A DNA stretch of 64,000 bases from Fimicolochytrium jonesii (Eukaryota): the NCBI RefSeq assembly GCF_025526975.1, contig NW_026515671.1, positions 310,001 to 374,000 on the forward strand. The letters are read 5' to 3'. A program made the translations under genes and the position numbers. The notes under the pieces were generated by a model. That model did not search any database, had not been told where the DNA came from, and worked only from the letters and a program-made list of their open reading frames with translations. Shown in pieces: positions 1 through 12,019 of this stretch; the stretch's first letter is position 1; each line of letters starts with the position of its first letter.

Positions 1-2922
1 TGGATTTGGCGGATTCTGACTTGCTGCAGGCGAGAAAGTGGGCCATCTTGGTGAGGCAACAGTTGACGTTCAGGATGGAGTCGTACCCGTCCACGGGAGG
101 CAGACCGGTGATAAAGTCCAGGGACCAAGATCCCCAAGGGCGGGTAGGGATACTGTTGGGCTGGAGTAGGCCGTATGGTTTGTGTCGACTGGATTTCGCT
201 TGGCTACAGGTATCGCAGGACTTGACGTAGGCCTTGACGAAGCGCCACTGGCTGGGCCACCAGTAGTTGCGGGAGGCGAGTTCAAGCGTCTTGGACATCC
301 CAAAGTGGCCGGCTAGGGGAGTATCGTGCATGTCGTGGCAGACTTCGGCTCGGAGCTCGTTGGTGGGGACATAGACCAGGTTATCGTGCAGCAGGATCCC
401 ATCTTCATCTGAGAACCGCTTGATACGATCTCGGGTTTCCTCAGTTCGTTGGGCGAGGGGTATCTTGAGCTTTTCGCGAATGGTCTTAGCGAGGGGATCA
501 GAGGCCTGGGCGGCCTTAATCTTGTCAAGCAGCGTGGTATCCATGGGTGTGAGGTAGGCAGCCGCGAGTCGAAGGCGTTCGGGAGTCAAAATTGTGGTTG
601 CCTGGGAGCGGAACGCTTCTTCCCCCTCTTTTAGCTCATGTTCGGAGCGTCGGGAGAGGGCATCGGCTTGGTGCTGCTGGGAACCGGGGCGATAGGTAAT
701 GACAAAGTCAAAATCCGAGAAGAATATCGACCAGCGGGCTTGGCGGCGGTTCAGGGTGCGGGTGGTCATGAAGTACAGAAGGTTTTTGTGGTCGGAGTAA
801 ACGGTGATCTTGTGACGGGCGCCAATGAGATGGTGGCGCCACTGGGCAAAGGAGTCTTGGATGGCCAGAAGTTCCTTATCGTAGATCTCGTAGTTGATCT
901 CTTCGGCCGTGAATTTGCGAGAGTGGAAGGCCACGGGGTGGAGCTGATTGTCCTGGTCAGGTTGGAGGAGAACTGCGCCAAGAGCGAAGTCGGAGGCGTC
1001 AGTTTCGACGACGAAGGGCTTCTCTGGGTCAGGGTGAGCAAGGATGGGGGCGTTGGTGAATGCTTTCTTCAGGTTCTCGAAGGCGGTGTTTGCGGCGGGT
1101 GTCCAGGCGTACGGGATGTCTTTCCGGGTCAGGGCTGTGAGCGGGGTAGCGATCTTGGAATAACCTTGGATGAATCGGCGATAGAAGTTGGCAAAGCCGA
1201 GGAAGCGCTGGACGCCTTTGACATTCTTGGGAGGTTCCCAATCCGTGATGGCAGCGATCTTCTTGGGGTCCATCTGGATGCCTCTCTTGGAGATGATGAA
1301 GCCTAGGACCTCAACGGATTCGCGGTTGAATTCGCACTTCTCTGGTTTGGTGTACAACCCATGCTGTCGGAGGCGGGACAAGACTTCGCGGACATGTTTG
1401 GGGTGATCTTCGGGGTTCTTGGAGAATATCAGGATATCGTCGAGGTAGACGACAACAAACACATCGAGAATGTCGCGGAAGATGTCGTTCATCAGGTACT
1501 GGAAGACGCCAGGAGCATTGCTGAGTCCACGGGGCATGACATTGTATTTGAATAGGCCGTAGCGGCAGCGGAAGGCGGTCTTCCATTCATCGCCCGGGCG
1601 CATGCGTAAGAGGTTATAAGCGCCGCGGAGGTCGATCTTGGTGAGACGACGGCGCCACGCAAACAATCCATGATACCGTTGATCAGGGGCAGGGGGTAGC
1701 GATTCTTCACCGTGATGCTGTTCAGGCCTCGATAATCGACGCAGAGGCGGAGAGAACTGTCCTTTTTCTTCACGAATAAGACTGGCGCACCGGCAGGGGA
1801 CTTTGAGGGTTTGATGAATCCTTTGGCGAGGTTTTCTTCGAGGTATTCGCAGAGTGCCTTCATTTCTGGTTCGCTGAGGCTGTAGATTGGGCCGAAAGGT
1901 GGCTGCTTGCCTTCTTCCAGATCGATTGGACAGTCGTAGGGCCGGTGCTCGGGGAGAGTGTCAGCATTTCTCTTTTCGAAAACGTCGGCGAAGTCTCGAT
2001 ACTCGGGGGGCAGGAAGTCTTTGATGTCTTTCTCGGGTGTCGGGGGGTTACTGGGGCTAGGCGAGGCCGGGAGATCGGGTTTCGCAGGGTTGGCGTAGGC
2101 GACGAAGACCTGGTCATGCCTTGCTGCGACCTGGAAGGCTGGGACGGAGATGAACGAGACTCGGAGCGGCGTGGGAGCCGGTTCTGGGGTGCTGGAGCGA
2201 GATACCTTGGGTACTGGAATCGACCATGTTTCGTCGACGGGGACTTCATCCTGGGGGATGCGGATCAAGGGCTCAGGGGTTCTGGCGGGTGCTGGGCTCG
2301 GGGGTGCTGGAGAGTTGTCCCAATTCGCGAATTCATGGTACAGACAGTCGCAACGGAAACCGACCGAAAGGTTCTTGAAGTCAAGGTTAATGTCGTGGAG
2401 GCGGAGCCAGGGGAGACCAAGGAGGATTGGAGCATGGGGTGATTTGGTGACATGGAAGACGAGTTCTTCGAAGTGGTCGTCGACCCACATGCCTACTGGT
2501 TGGGGGTGATGGGTGATTGGCCCAGCAGAGCTGGGTTGACCGTCAACGAGTTCGATCGTCAGTGGACGCTGATGCGGGACTAGGGCGATGCGGTGTTTGC
2601 GGGCAAAGTCTCTGTCGATGAAGCAGGACAGGGCACCATTGTCGATCATGGCTGAGGTAGGTATCGGGGCGCGGCTGGATGATACCATGATGGTAACGGG
2701 GTAGTTGAAGGGTTCGACGGGACCCAGCGCAAGCATGGCGCGGGGGTTAATTTCGGAGTTTTTGACATGGGCAGCGGCTAGGAGGGTTGTGTCGGCTATA
2801 ACGGAGTCGGGAACCAGGGGGGTGGCCTCTCCCGTTGCAGGAGCTGCGAGGTTAGGAGGCCCGGGGCGGTGTGTGTTGTCCAGTCGCTGGGGCTTTACTG
2901 CGGCTGGACTTTGGGAAAACCC
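1..2922 (-). pseudogene. pol: Gypsy pol (PR-RT-RNase H-integrase) of copy 1, frameshifted
   Basis: Protease-like [14 protein letters not shown] motifs [11 protein letters not shown] and YLDDIL, RNase H ETDASDFALG, integrase HDTPLAGHFG/CDTC. One-base deletion near 1643. Confidence 0.9.
2878..2922 (-). promoter_or_regulatory. -1 programmed ribosomal frameshift signal (gag/pol), copy 1
   Basis: G_GGU_UUU heptamer in the gag frame (2916-2922), 6-nt spacer, then hairpin GUCCAGCCGC...GCGACUGGAC. The -1 frame is open into the pol ORF. Confidence 0.8.
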
Positions 2923-3893
2923 TGTTCGGTGGAGGGTTCTTTGATGTCGACGTTGGCGGCACGGGTGGTGGTCTTGTTCTTGACGGGGCAGACTTTTGCA
3001 ATGTGCCCCGCGCCACCGCAGTAAAGGCAGAGGTTGTTGGAAATGCGGCGTTGGCGTTCCTGAGGGCTCAGAGGGCCGCGGGGACGAGCGGCGTCAATCT
3101 GCATAGGCTCGCTGTGGTCGACAGTGGTGGTAGTAGTAAACGAGGTATGGGGAACCGGGAAGGTCTGGCGGCTTCTGTTTCGCTCCAGGCGGCGCTCAAA
3201 CAGCCGGTTATCGCACTGGATAGCCTGCTCCATCACCACATCAATGGTGGCCGCAGGGGGCATTGTGAGCATCAGGTCTTTGACGTCTTCTTTGAGGCCA
3301 CGGCGGAAGGTAGCAATCAGGGCCTGGTCGTTCCAGGAGACATCGCATTGTAGCTGGCGGAACTCAGCGACGTACTCGGTTGCTGCACGGGTTTGGCGAA
3401 GGTTCTGGAGCTTGTTTTCAGAGGTGCGGACCCTGTCGCTGTCTCCGAAGACCGATTGCATCTGACTGATAAAACTATCGAAGTCCTGAAGGCTGTGATC
3501 TTGGCGTTCGACTAGGGGCGCCATCCAGGCTTGCGCAGTGCCTGTGAGGTAGGTGCCAATAGTTTGGATCTGGATGATGTCGCTGGGGTAGCGGTCGGGC
3601 TGGAGAGCAAACATCAACCGGATGTTGTTCAACCACCCACGGAATTTGCTGCGGGTACCATCAAACTTCTTGGGCGAGCTGATTCTTGGCTCCAGAGCAG
3701 GGTTGGTGACTTGGGGACGGGTGTACGTATCGGCTTGAACCTGGGCGGCGATGCTCTGGGCAGCTTGTGCGTCGGCTTGGGCTTGCGCTAGGTTGGCCTG
3801 CAAGTTGGCGTTTTGGCTTTGCAAGGCGGCGATGGCTTGGCACATATCGTTCCATTGCTTGGGAGTGAAAGGTACGGATTCGGGTTGGGACAT
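2895..3893 (-). CDS. gag: Gypsy Gag (capsid plus CCHC zinc knuckle), 332 aa
   Basis: [24 protein letters not shown] and FRRGL capsid motifs; [14 protein letters not shown] knuckle. Confidence 0.92.
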   Translation of the reverse strand: MSQPESVPFTPKQWNDMCQAIAALQSQNANLQANLAQAQADAQAAQSIAAQVQADTYTRPQVTNPALEPRISSPKKFDGTRSKFRGWLNNIRLMFALQPDRYPSDIIQIQTIGTYLTGTAQAWMAPLVERQDHSLQDFDSFISQMQSVFGDSDRVRTSENKLQNLRQTRAATEYVAEFRQLQCDVSWNDQALIATFRRGLKEDVKDLMLTMPPAATIDVVMEQAIQCDNRLFERRLERNRSRQTFPVPHTSFTTTTTVDHSEPMQIDAARPRGPLSPQERQRRISNNLCLYCGGAGHIAKVCPVKNKTTTRAANVDIKEPSTEQGFPKVQPQ

Positions 3894-3962
3894 GGCGAAA
3901 AAGGTTTGTCGGATGCAGGGCTGGACGGGTTCTGAACTTCGCAGTGTTGGAGCAGATCAAAC

Positions 3963-4455
3963 TGTTATGATCTCGACAAGGGAGGCGGGAAGCGAAGTAG
4001 AGAAGTCAGGGCGAGAGTGATAGGCGACAAGAGATTGTATTGGCGAAACAAGAAACAAGGACTAGAACAGGAGATGAGAAGAACTGGTGTTGATCTGCTG
4101 GGGAGGAAGGGAATGGACGAAGAGAGGCCGGCTATTTATAGATAGGCAACCCAGCAGATCAGAGAACAACAACAACAAGAGGGGACTGGGGGGGCGCCAG
4201 CTATGCTCCTAGAGCGTGCGTGGCGAGCGTAGAGAGCATTGCTACAGCTGCTGGCTATGGGGAAGTAGTGGGGGATGTGAAGAAGCCGAGGGGGGATTGG
4301 CGAAATGAGAGGAGAGAGGGGGAGTGGCATTGACATTGACATTGACACTGACATTGACACTGACATTGACATTGACATTGGCGTTTGACATTTGGCGCTT
4401 GACATTGGCGCCTGTCAGTAGGTAAGCTTATGGTATGGGCGCGTCGTCCATAACA
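3963..4455 (-). repeat. 5' LTR of chromovirus A copy 1
   Basis: TGTTA...TAACA ends; matches 22516-23007 and 27973-28463. TATAAATA on the minus strand near 4133-4140; TGACA(T/C) hexamer array. Confidence 0.95.
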
Positions 4456-4820
4456 CATGTGGCTCATGGGTTCACTGATGGCAACCAAACCAATACACCT
4501 CGTCCGATTGCCTCGGCAACAAGTGCTCGTGGCGGCCGCGGAGCCAGTCGCGGTCGAGGTAGTTGTGGCGGTGGTCGTGGCGGACGATTCGCCCCTTATA
4601 TCAATCCTTGAATTACGGAATTCAAACAAGACTTAGATGATATGACCTTTGGGCTCAATGCCCTTGGTACGTCATACTACCCCCCTGGAGTGAGTCGTCT
4701 CACTACAGGTCAAGTCCCCACCAACGTCAACAGCCCTTTCGTCGACGTGGACAATGACAAACTACTTATGTTCCTTGTCAACGTCCAACGACTCCTTGTC
4801 CCCTTTGTAACAATTTGGTG
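4456..4820 (+). pseudogene. Probable Gag C-terminus/pre-protease remnant of a plus-strand retroelement, the target of copy 1
   Basis: Frame from 4456 reads HVAHGF...RGGRGASRGRGSCGGGRGGRFAPY with one internal TGA; nucleocapsid-like RGG tract. Confidence 0.35.
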
Positions 4821-4869
4821 ACGGACTCGTCTCCTGCTCCCCCCCCCTTAGAGTTTGTCGTGGGGAAGT

Positions 4870-7100
4870 AGATGTTCAAGCCAACGCAACGCCAGCGCTC
4901 GTCGGGGACCGGAATGCAGCGTAGGAGCCCGAAGTTGGAAGCCTGCTTGTTGCGTTGGCAGCCGGGACAAGTCCGGACGTACTGGTGGACCTCGCGCTCG
5001 AGGCGGGGCCAGTAGTATAGCGTGAGGAGTTTGGCGACGGTGCGCTGGACACCCAAGTGGCCGCTGTTGGCCAGGGAGTCATGATAGAACCTGAGGAGGG
5101 GGCCCAAAGGCCCTCGGGGACGTAGCGGCGGCCATGGTACAAAAGGAAGCCGCGGTCGTCGCGCGTGAGGCGGCGGGCAAAACCCGAGAGGGTAGAGGGG
5201 TCATCGGGGTTCGTCGCGGTGGTCTGCAGGTGGGCGAGGGTGTCCTTGCAGAACTTGTCATCGTCGAGCGCAGTGAGCCACTTGGCGTCGGTAGGGAGGC
5301 GGCCGTTGATGTCCGGTAGAGGTGTCCCGGTGACAATGGAGAACACTTCGACCTTGATCTGACAGCTGGCGCACTTCGGGGCGTACAGCGGTGTGCGGCT
5401 GAGTATGTCGGCGATGTGATTAAACTTGCCGGGGAGGTATTCGATAGTGAAGTCGTAGTCCTGAAGGAACTCCACCCATCCGGCCTGGCGCCGGGAGAGA
5501 TGAGGCTGGTTTTGGAGGTATATGAGGGATTTGTGGTCGACGAATGCACGCAATTGGTGACCGATGAGGTAATGGCGGTGAGCGCGGATCACTTTGACCA
5601 ATGCGAGGAGCTCCTGTTCGTGCACAGGGTATCGGGTTTCGGCCGGAGCCATTTTGCGTGAGTAATATGAGATGAAGCGGAGGCGCAAAAGGTTACTGAG
5701 GCCCTTTTTTGTGGTGGGCAGTGGGTTCAGCATGGGAAAGTCGCCGTCCATGCCCTGACCGATCCGGCCCCCTACGGCGAAGCCTAACGCGTTGGAGAAG
5801 ACGTAGGGGAACTTATCGGGGTCAAAGAACGCCAGGCAAGGGGCTTTGGCGACTCGCGCCTTGATGGTGTCGAAGGCTGCTTGTTCCTTGGCGCCCCGCT
5901 GCCACGGGCGGGTGCCGGATTGAAGGTTGGTCAGTGGGAGGGCTGTTTCAGCATAATGCGGAATGTATTCCTTGACATAGTTGACTAGCCCCATGAAGGA
6001 GAGGAAGTCAAGGGCGCTGGTGGGTTTGGGTCAAGCGTGGACAGCCTCGACCTTGGACGGGACGATGGAAAGGCCGTCTCTACCGACCATGTGCCCGCAG
6101 AACTCAACCTGGTCCACTGCCCACTGACATTTGGACGGTTTCACGTGAAGGCGGTGAGCCGAGAGGGTCTTGAGCACTTCGGTGACATGCCCGATGTGTG
6201 AGTCCATGTCAGGGCTGAAAATAAGGATGTCATCGAGGTAAGAGATGAGGTATGAATCGTACTTGTCACCCAGGAGTTTGTTCGTGAGGCGTTGGAACGT
6301 CGCGGGCGCGTTTGTTAGCCCGAAGGATAATACGATGTACTGGAAGTGGCCGAAGCGCGTCCAGAAGGCAGTCTCCTCACTGTCTTCCTCCCGAATGAGG
6401 ATGCAGTGGTAGGCATTGCGGATGTCCATAGCGGTGAAGACCTTCACGCCGACGAGGCGGTCCTGAAGCTCATTGAGGTTCGGGAGGGGCGTGGCGTCCT
6501 TATGGGTCATCTTGTTGAGGGCCCGGTAGTCGATGCAGCAGCGGAGGCCACCGTCCTTCTTCGGGGCAAACAGTACGGGTGCCCCCCAGGGGCTCTTAGA
6601 GTGGGAGATCCACCCGCGGGATGATAGGCGCTTGAGTTGCTGCCGTAGCTCGTCGAGTTTGTCGTTGGCCAAGTGGCGGAGTGGGAGCATGATAGGCTTG
6701 AAACCGGGCTTCAGATTGATGCTGAAGTTGTCATCACCGCGGTCCAGCGGGAGGCCGGTCTGTTTGGTGAAGAGGGTATCTGTAAACTGTTCCAACGTGG
6801 GGTGAAGAGGGTGGTCGGCAGCGACCGACGCGAGTGGATCCCGCGGGGTGGTGTCCGGAGGGGTGGCCGTGCCTTTCGGTCTGCTAGGATCGCACGTTTC
6901 TTCCCCTCGACCGTGCGAACGAAGTTAGCCTCGGCTTCGGCGACGTCCGCGAGGGCGACGTCTGTGGCCAGGTCCACCTCCGTGTCCGTGCGTGAGACCC
7001 ATGCGGTATAGACCTCGGCGGTCTTATCCCTCTTGATCGTCGGTTGAATTGTTTGGCCATGAGGAAACCCTCCTCATTTAAGGCCACAAGCTTGGGGTAG
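4870..7100 (-). mobile_element. Degenerate Ty3/Gypsy pol fragment B (RT, RNase H, integrase N-terminus)
   Basis: LRCCIDYRALN, FGLTNAPATFQ, YLDDIL (6031-6795); YPVHEQELLALV; GHLG...CPGCQ. No LTRs seen. Confidence 0.9.
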
Positions 7101-7125
7101 AAACGGCGGGGGCGAGGGCCCGTAT

Positions 7126-7306
7126 TGTTGTGTTATTACTGGGAAGTAGCCGATGAAGAGTAGAACCATTACTGGTCTTAATGTATTACTTGTTGTATGT
7201 CTATATACTCCGGACTCTGGCGTCGGGGTCTTTGTTTCTCTGACCGTGACCAGACTGCTTACGCGATGACAGCAACTGACAGGATAGTTCGCGTCTCTGC
7301 ACAACA
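7126..7306 (-). repeat. 3' LTR of Copia C1 (181 bp)
   Basis: TGTTGTG...CACAACA ends. Shares GAAGTAGCCGATGAAGAGTAGAACCA and CGTCTCTGCACAACA with the C2 LTRs. Confidence 0.88.
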
Positions 7307-7420
7307 CTCCCCCGACTCGAGCTGTCCAAAAGTCAGCCTGTCCAACTCCCGCTCTCAACTCCATTCCAATCAACAACACACTCTCTCTTTCCGACACCCA
7401 AATCCAACCAATCCATCAAG

Positions 7421-7867
7421 ATGCCGAACGGTGGTCCAACTTGCCCGATCTGTATGGTCAACCCTGCCATCTACAACGGGCCATGTGGGCACCTCTTTTG
7501 CCGTACGTGCATCGTCCAGGAGATCCTCTCTCATTTGCACGCCCCACGCTGTGGCGTTTGTTGGTGAGTGGTGAGAGGAGGTAATTCAACTGATAAACGT
7601 GTATTGATTGCCTCTCTTAGAGCCCCGTGGCCAGTTTACTTAACCCGGGACCGGCACAATCGTCAGTGCTGCATGTGCGGCACTAATCCCATCTCGTGTC
7701 GCATGGTGACCTCGTGTGGCAACTGCACCATATGCAACGGATGCTCCATTTATCTTGTTCGGTGTCACCCGCCGAATCAAGTTCGGTGTCCGTCGTGTCA
7801 TGTAGCTTTTGACGCTCCGCTGCTCACTTGGCTCCGAAGAGCCATTATTCAACAATACGGCGTGTAG
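7421..7867 (+). pseudogene. Antisense two-exon tandem RING-finger gene inside Copia C1 (exons 7421-7563 and 7621-7867); one nonsense codon at the splice junction
   Basis: Exon 1 CPIC-x10-CGHLFCRTC-x13-CGVC (C3HC4). Intron GTGAGT...CTTAG, 57 nt. Exon 2 CCMC-x12-CGNCTICNGC-x13-CPSC. Confidence 0.75.
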
Positions 7868-9013
7868 TGTAGACTTCACTGTCGTAGCCCACATAGTTCC
7901 CGTAAATAAACAAACACCGGTCTCAGAAGCGCTTTCGTTTGGATGTCCGCTATCATTTCTTTTGTTGAGATATACTGGAAATCTAGCTTGCGTTCAGCTA
8001 CAAGTTCCCGAATAAAGTGGTGTCGAACGTCAACGTGCTTCGTCCGCTGATGATCCACGGGATTGTTCGCAAGTTTGATGGCGGCTTGGTTATCTTTGTA
8101 AATCAGTATGGGCTTGTCGGATGCGCCCAGGATTTCCTGTTTCATCCGAGAAAGCCACAGCGCTTCTTTGGCTGCTTCTCCGAGCGCTACATATTCCGCT
8201 TCCGCCGTAGATACTGTAACAGCCGCTTGCCGTTGTGACTTCCAGGATATTGCTCCCCCGTTTAAGGTGAACATGTACCCTGAAACCGAACGCCCAGTCT
8301 CTTTGCATTTTGCGAACTCCGCATCACTGTATCCCCGGAGTTTGTTATCTGACTCGTTATTGTATTGTAGGATAAGCTCTTCCGTTTTGGCAACGTAACT
8401 GAAAACCCGCTTAGCCGCCTTCATATGTGTCTGTGACGGCTTAGCCAGAAACTGGGATAACTTAGATATCGCGAAAGCGATATCAGGGCGAGTTCCAATC
8501 ATAAGGTACATCAATGACCCTATCATCGATTGATACGTTGCAACGTCTGCCGGTTTCTCATCCGCAGCTATAATCTCAAGCTTCACATTGGGATCCAGCG
8601 GCGTGTCGTGCGGTTGCATCTGCTCCAACCCGAACTTCCGTAGTATATCACTGATGTAATTCTGTTGTCCAATAGTGAGGGTTCGTTGGATGCGATTTTG
8701 TCTGACTTCTATTCCGAGGAGGTAAGAGAGCTCCCCCATGTCTTCCATTTCGAAGCGTAATTTCAACCCTTCTTTAATTGCTTCCCGTTCCACTTTGCTC
8801 GTTGAAAGAATTGTCAAATCATCAACGTAGACGGCGATGATGATAAAACCTCAGCCAATGCGCTTTATGTAAAGAGCATTGTCTAGTTTGGAAACGTTGA
8901 AGCCTTTCTCTCGTAGGTAAGCGTCCAACACCTTATTCCACAACCGAGGTGACTGTTTCAGTCCGTACAGAGAACGTTTGAGTTTAACCGTTGTCCCCTC
9001 TGGTAGGCGAAGG

Positions 9014-11845
9014 TTGAAACAAGAATTCGTCGCTGCCAAGATATTAGCTGCGCCAAACTACGAAGAAGACACACCCCTGTTTATTATTACGACCGACGCT
9101 ACACCCATTTCATGGGGAGCGATACTCTCCCAAGTTGATCCCAAAGGAAGAGAAAGACCGATACAATTTGAAAGTTGATTGTTTACTGAACAGCAACGAA
9201 ATACCTACCCGATAGTCAAACTCGAATCACTCGGAGCCTACAAAGGAGTTCGCAAATTACGAACTTACGTTTGGGGCAGACGTTTCGAGCTCAGAATTGA
9301 CGCCAAACCCTTGATTCAACTACTACAAAAACCCGAATTCCCCGACAGTACCATCACGCGATGGGTAGCACAGTTAATGCTATTCGACTTTGAAATCAAA
9401 CATATCAAAGGAGGAAAGAACCCCGCGGACGGACTTTCTTGAAAACCCTGAGCAGACGATGATACCGACACCGAAAACGAAGACTCCGACGATTCGGAAA
9501 TGCACGTTTTACGAGTCAACTCAGCAACGACCGAATGGAAAAGTGATTTGAATGAAATTCCAATACCTGACCCATATGACCGTACCTACGCGATACAAGT
9601 ATCCCAGCCAACGAAGAAAAATCCGAAACCGATGTACCCGATACGCTCTACGATCATCTTTTCTTACGAAATGGAAGGCTGAAACCACCCCTGCGAATCA
9701 TCGAAAATGAACAGGATCAAGAAGAAATTATTCGATTCATGCACGAGAGCAAGGAAGGCGGAGGACATCGAGGCATCCTCGCTACATTTCAGAAGATACG
9801 ACAACGCTATTACTGGCCAAGACTATACAAAGAAGTGAAGGCCTACGTTCAATCCTGCAACAACTGCCAATTCAGAGACCCGCGACGTGAATTTGAACCG
9901 CTTTATATCGAAATCCGAACGACACGACCCTTCCAGAAATGCGGACTAGACTTCGTATTTATCACAAAAGGAACAAACGCAAATGAAGGAGGGATGATTT
10001 TACGAGATGACGCAACCGCTTACCCTGAAGGACGAATGATCAGAGGCAAGCCAACTGCACACAAGATTGCTGCTTTCTTATATGAAGAAGTATTCTGCCG
10101 ACACGGACCGATTGAAAACCTAGTATCCGATGGTGGACCTGAAAACGTCAACGAAATCGTACGACATCTTACCGAACGATACGGTGTCAAACACCAAATC
10201 ACAACTGCATATCACCCGCAAGCGAATGGATTAGTAGAAAGAGGACATGCTCCGATCATCGAAAGTCTTTTTTGAACCGCACCGACTCCGAGAGAATGGC
10301 CAACCGTATTCCCTGCTGCATTATGGGCAGATCGAGTTACCACGAAACGAACGACACAGTTTACACCCTTCTATATGATTTATGGAAGAGACGCCGTACT
10401 ACCTATTGAACTCACATACGAAACATGGATGATAGTACCGAATCTTTAACAACCCATGACAACCGAGACACTCCTACAACACCGCATTAAACAATTCTGA
10501 TACAGAGATAAAGATCTGAGGCTAGCGACAGAGCGACTAATCGCAAGCCAAAAAGCGAACAAGAAGTATTGGGAGAAACGACACCGAATCAGAAATCGAC
10601 CTTTTGAACCCGGCGATATCGTTCTCCTGCACAACATGAAACTATTGACTCAACAAACCGGCAAGACCGACAACAATGGTTTGGACCGTACAGAATTACC
10701 AAATCCAACGACAATGGCTCGTATTATATCGAAGAATTAGACCGGACACCGATACGCAAACCTGTAGCCGGAGACCGATTGAAGATATTTCGAACTCGAA
10801 CCCAGACACAACCAATAGTCGAAGACAATACAGAAGATGAAGAAGAAACAGACGAAGAAGACAACATTACGGACGAGAATTGATGAGCACATCAATATTT
10901 GACAAAAGGAAAGATGTAGTAGTGCGCTTCGAACTGCGCATGAAATCGATAATATTTCGACGCCAATTATACGCCTAGAATCTTCAACAAGCGAATGAAA
11001 TCACCTTTATACGACAACGTAAAAATACCGTCAAAAGTTCCAACAATAAATCGACACACTCGCGTTCCCGACACTCTGACGTTTACCAAATACAACCACG
11101 TTTACCGAAACCTTGCTTCACAACAACGTTTTTTCCTCGGATACGACTGACATGCGAGAGATGTAGGCATAGGAGAGGAACACATGAAAGCGCCCCCAAC
11201 CCAACTCTCAACCAACCAGAAGCTCCCACGACGCCCGAAATGCTGAAGAAACCAACTGCGAAACGAGAAAACCAATTTCCGGTGGCCGTATACGCCGAAC
11301 GTTGCAGAAAACCCCAAGAAAAGATTAGCAATAAGACTGTATCAGCGCCAAAATTGCGAATGGAAAAAGGAAAAACTACGTAGACCGCCGCAGGAAAAGA
11401 GAAAAAGACCCGATGTAGCTAAATCCTCTAGAGACGACTAGTAGAGAGTTTGGACTTCGACAAACTGCAGTAGCCTAGAAAGATCCATATAAAAACCCAC
11501 CTGTTTTCCCCAGACCTTTGTACGATAGGCAAGACTCAGATCTGTGTACGCAGAACACAGATCCCGATCAACAACAGAGCTTTCTACTTCTCTACTCCTA
11601 ACGACTTCTTCCAGTTTCAGATAGACTTTCAAGGCGCGCTCACAGACTCTGAGAGCATAGACAAGACGACCCTGAGGGTCGCGACTTGTACTTTGCTGAC
11701 GTCGCCGAGGACTTGATAGTTCAGGAATCTCGGAAGAAGAGCTGAGAGTGAGATTGGATAACCCCGTCGTATTGTTTCGCAGTCAAACCTGCAGATATTT
11801 CCGAGTTCGTATTTCGTACCCGTACCCGTAATTCCCGACCCCGTT
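9014..11845 (+). mobile_element. Degenerate A-rich Ty3/Gypsy fragment D (RNase H, integrase, PPT, probable long 3' LTR from 10915)
   Basis: IITTDA...WGAILSQ, GHRG...CNNCQ, SDGGPEN, AYHPQANGLVER. Purine tract 10903-10914 followed by TGTAG. Right end uncertain. Confidence 0.85.
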
Positions 11846-12019
11846 TAAGAAGAAGGACTCCTTTCAAAGCACCTGGATATTAAGGTTGCAAGACGACGCT
11901 CTCGCCTGAGATCTCTTCTTGTGCTATTGAGAGACCGGCAGCTTATCTTTCCCAACACCCAGCCGTACCCATCGATTCGACAGACCCTCGCTTCTGCCGG
12001 CCACCACCACAGCGTCTTA

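Larger units (their letters stand above)
1..4455 (-). mobile_element. Ty3/Gypsy chromovirus family A, copy 1 (3' part runs off the window start)
   Basis: 5' LTR 3963-4455, gag 2895-3893, PR/RT/RH/IN fragments. Near-identical to 24010-28463. Confidence 0.95.
7126..9013 (-). mobile_element. Copia element C1, 3' portion (RT C-terminus, RNase H, accessory region, PPT, 3' LTR)
   Basis: SLYGLKQSPRLW, YVDD, YSDAEFA, RTKHVDVRHHFIRE. PPT GTCGGGGGAG abuts the LTR. Homologous to C2 (19138-30111). Confidence 0.92.

Noticed and set aside
638..3791. Long antisense ORFs over gag/pol, and similar ones over host genes
   Set aside because: Shadow frames of GC-rich coding sequence with no motifs, unlike the RING gene which occupies its own non-overlapping space.
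4136..4629. ORFs with MSMSMS or CQCQCQ repeats
   Set aside because: Translations of the LTR hexamer array.
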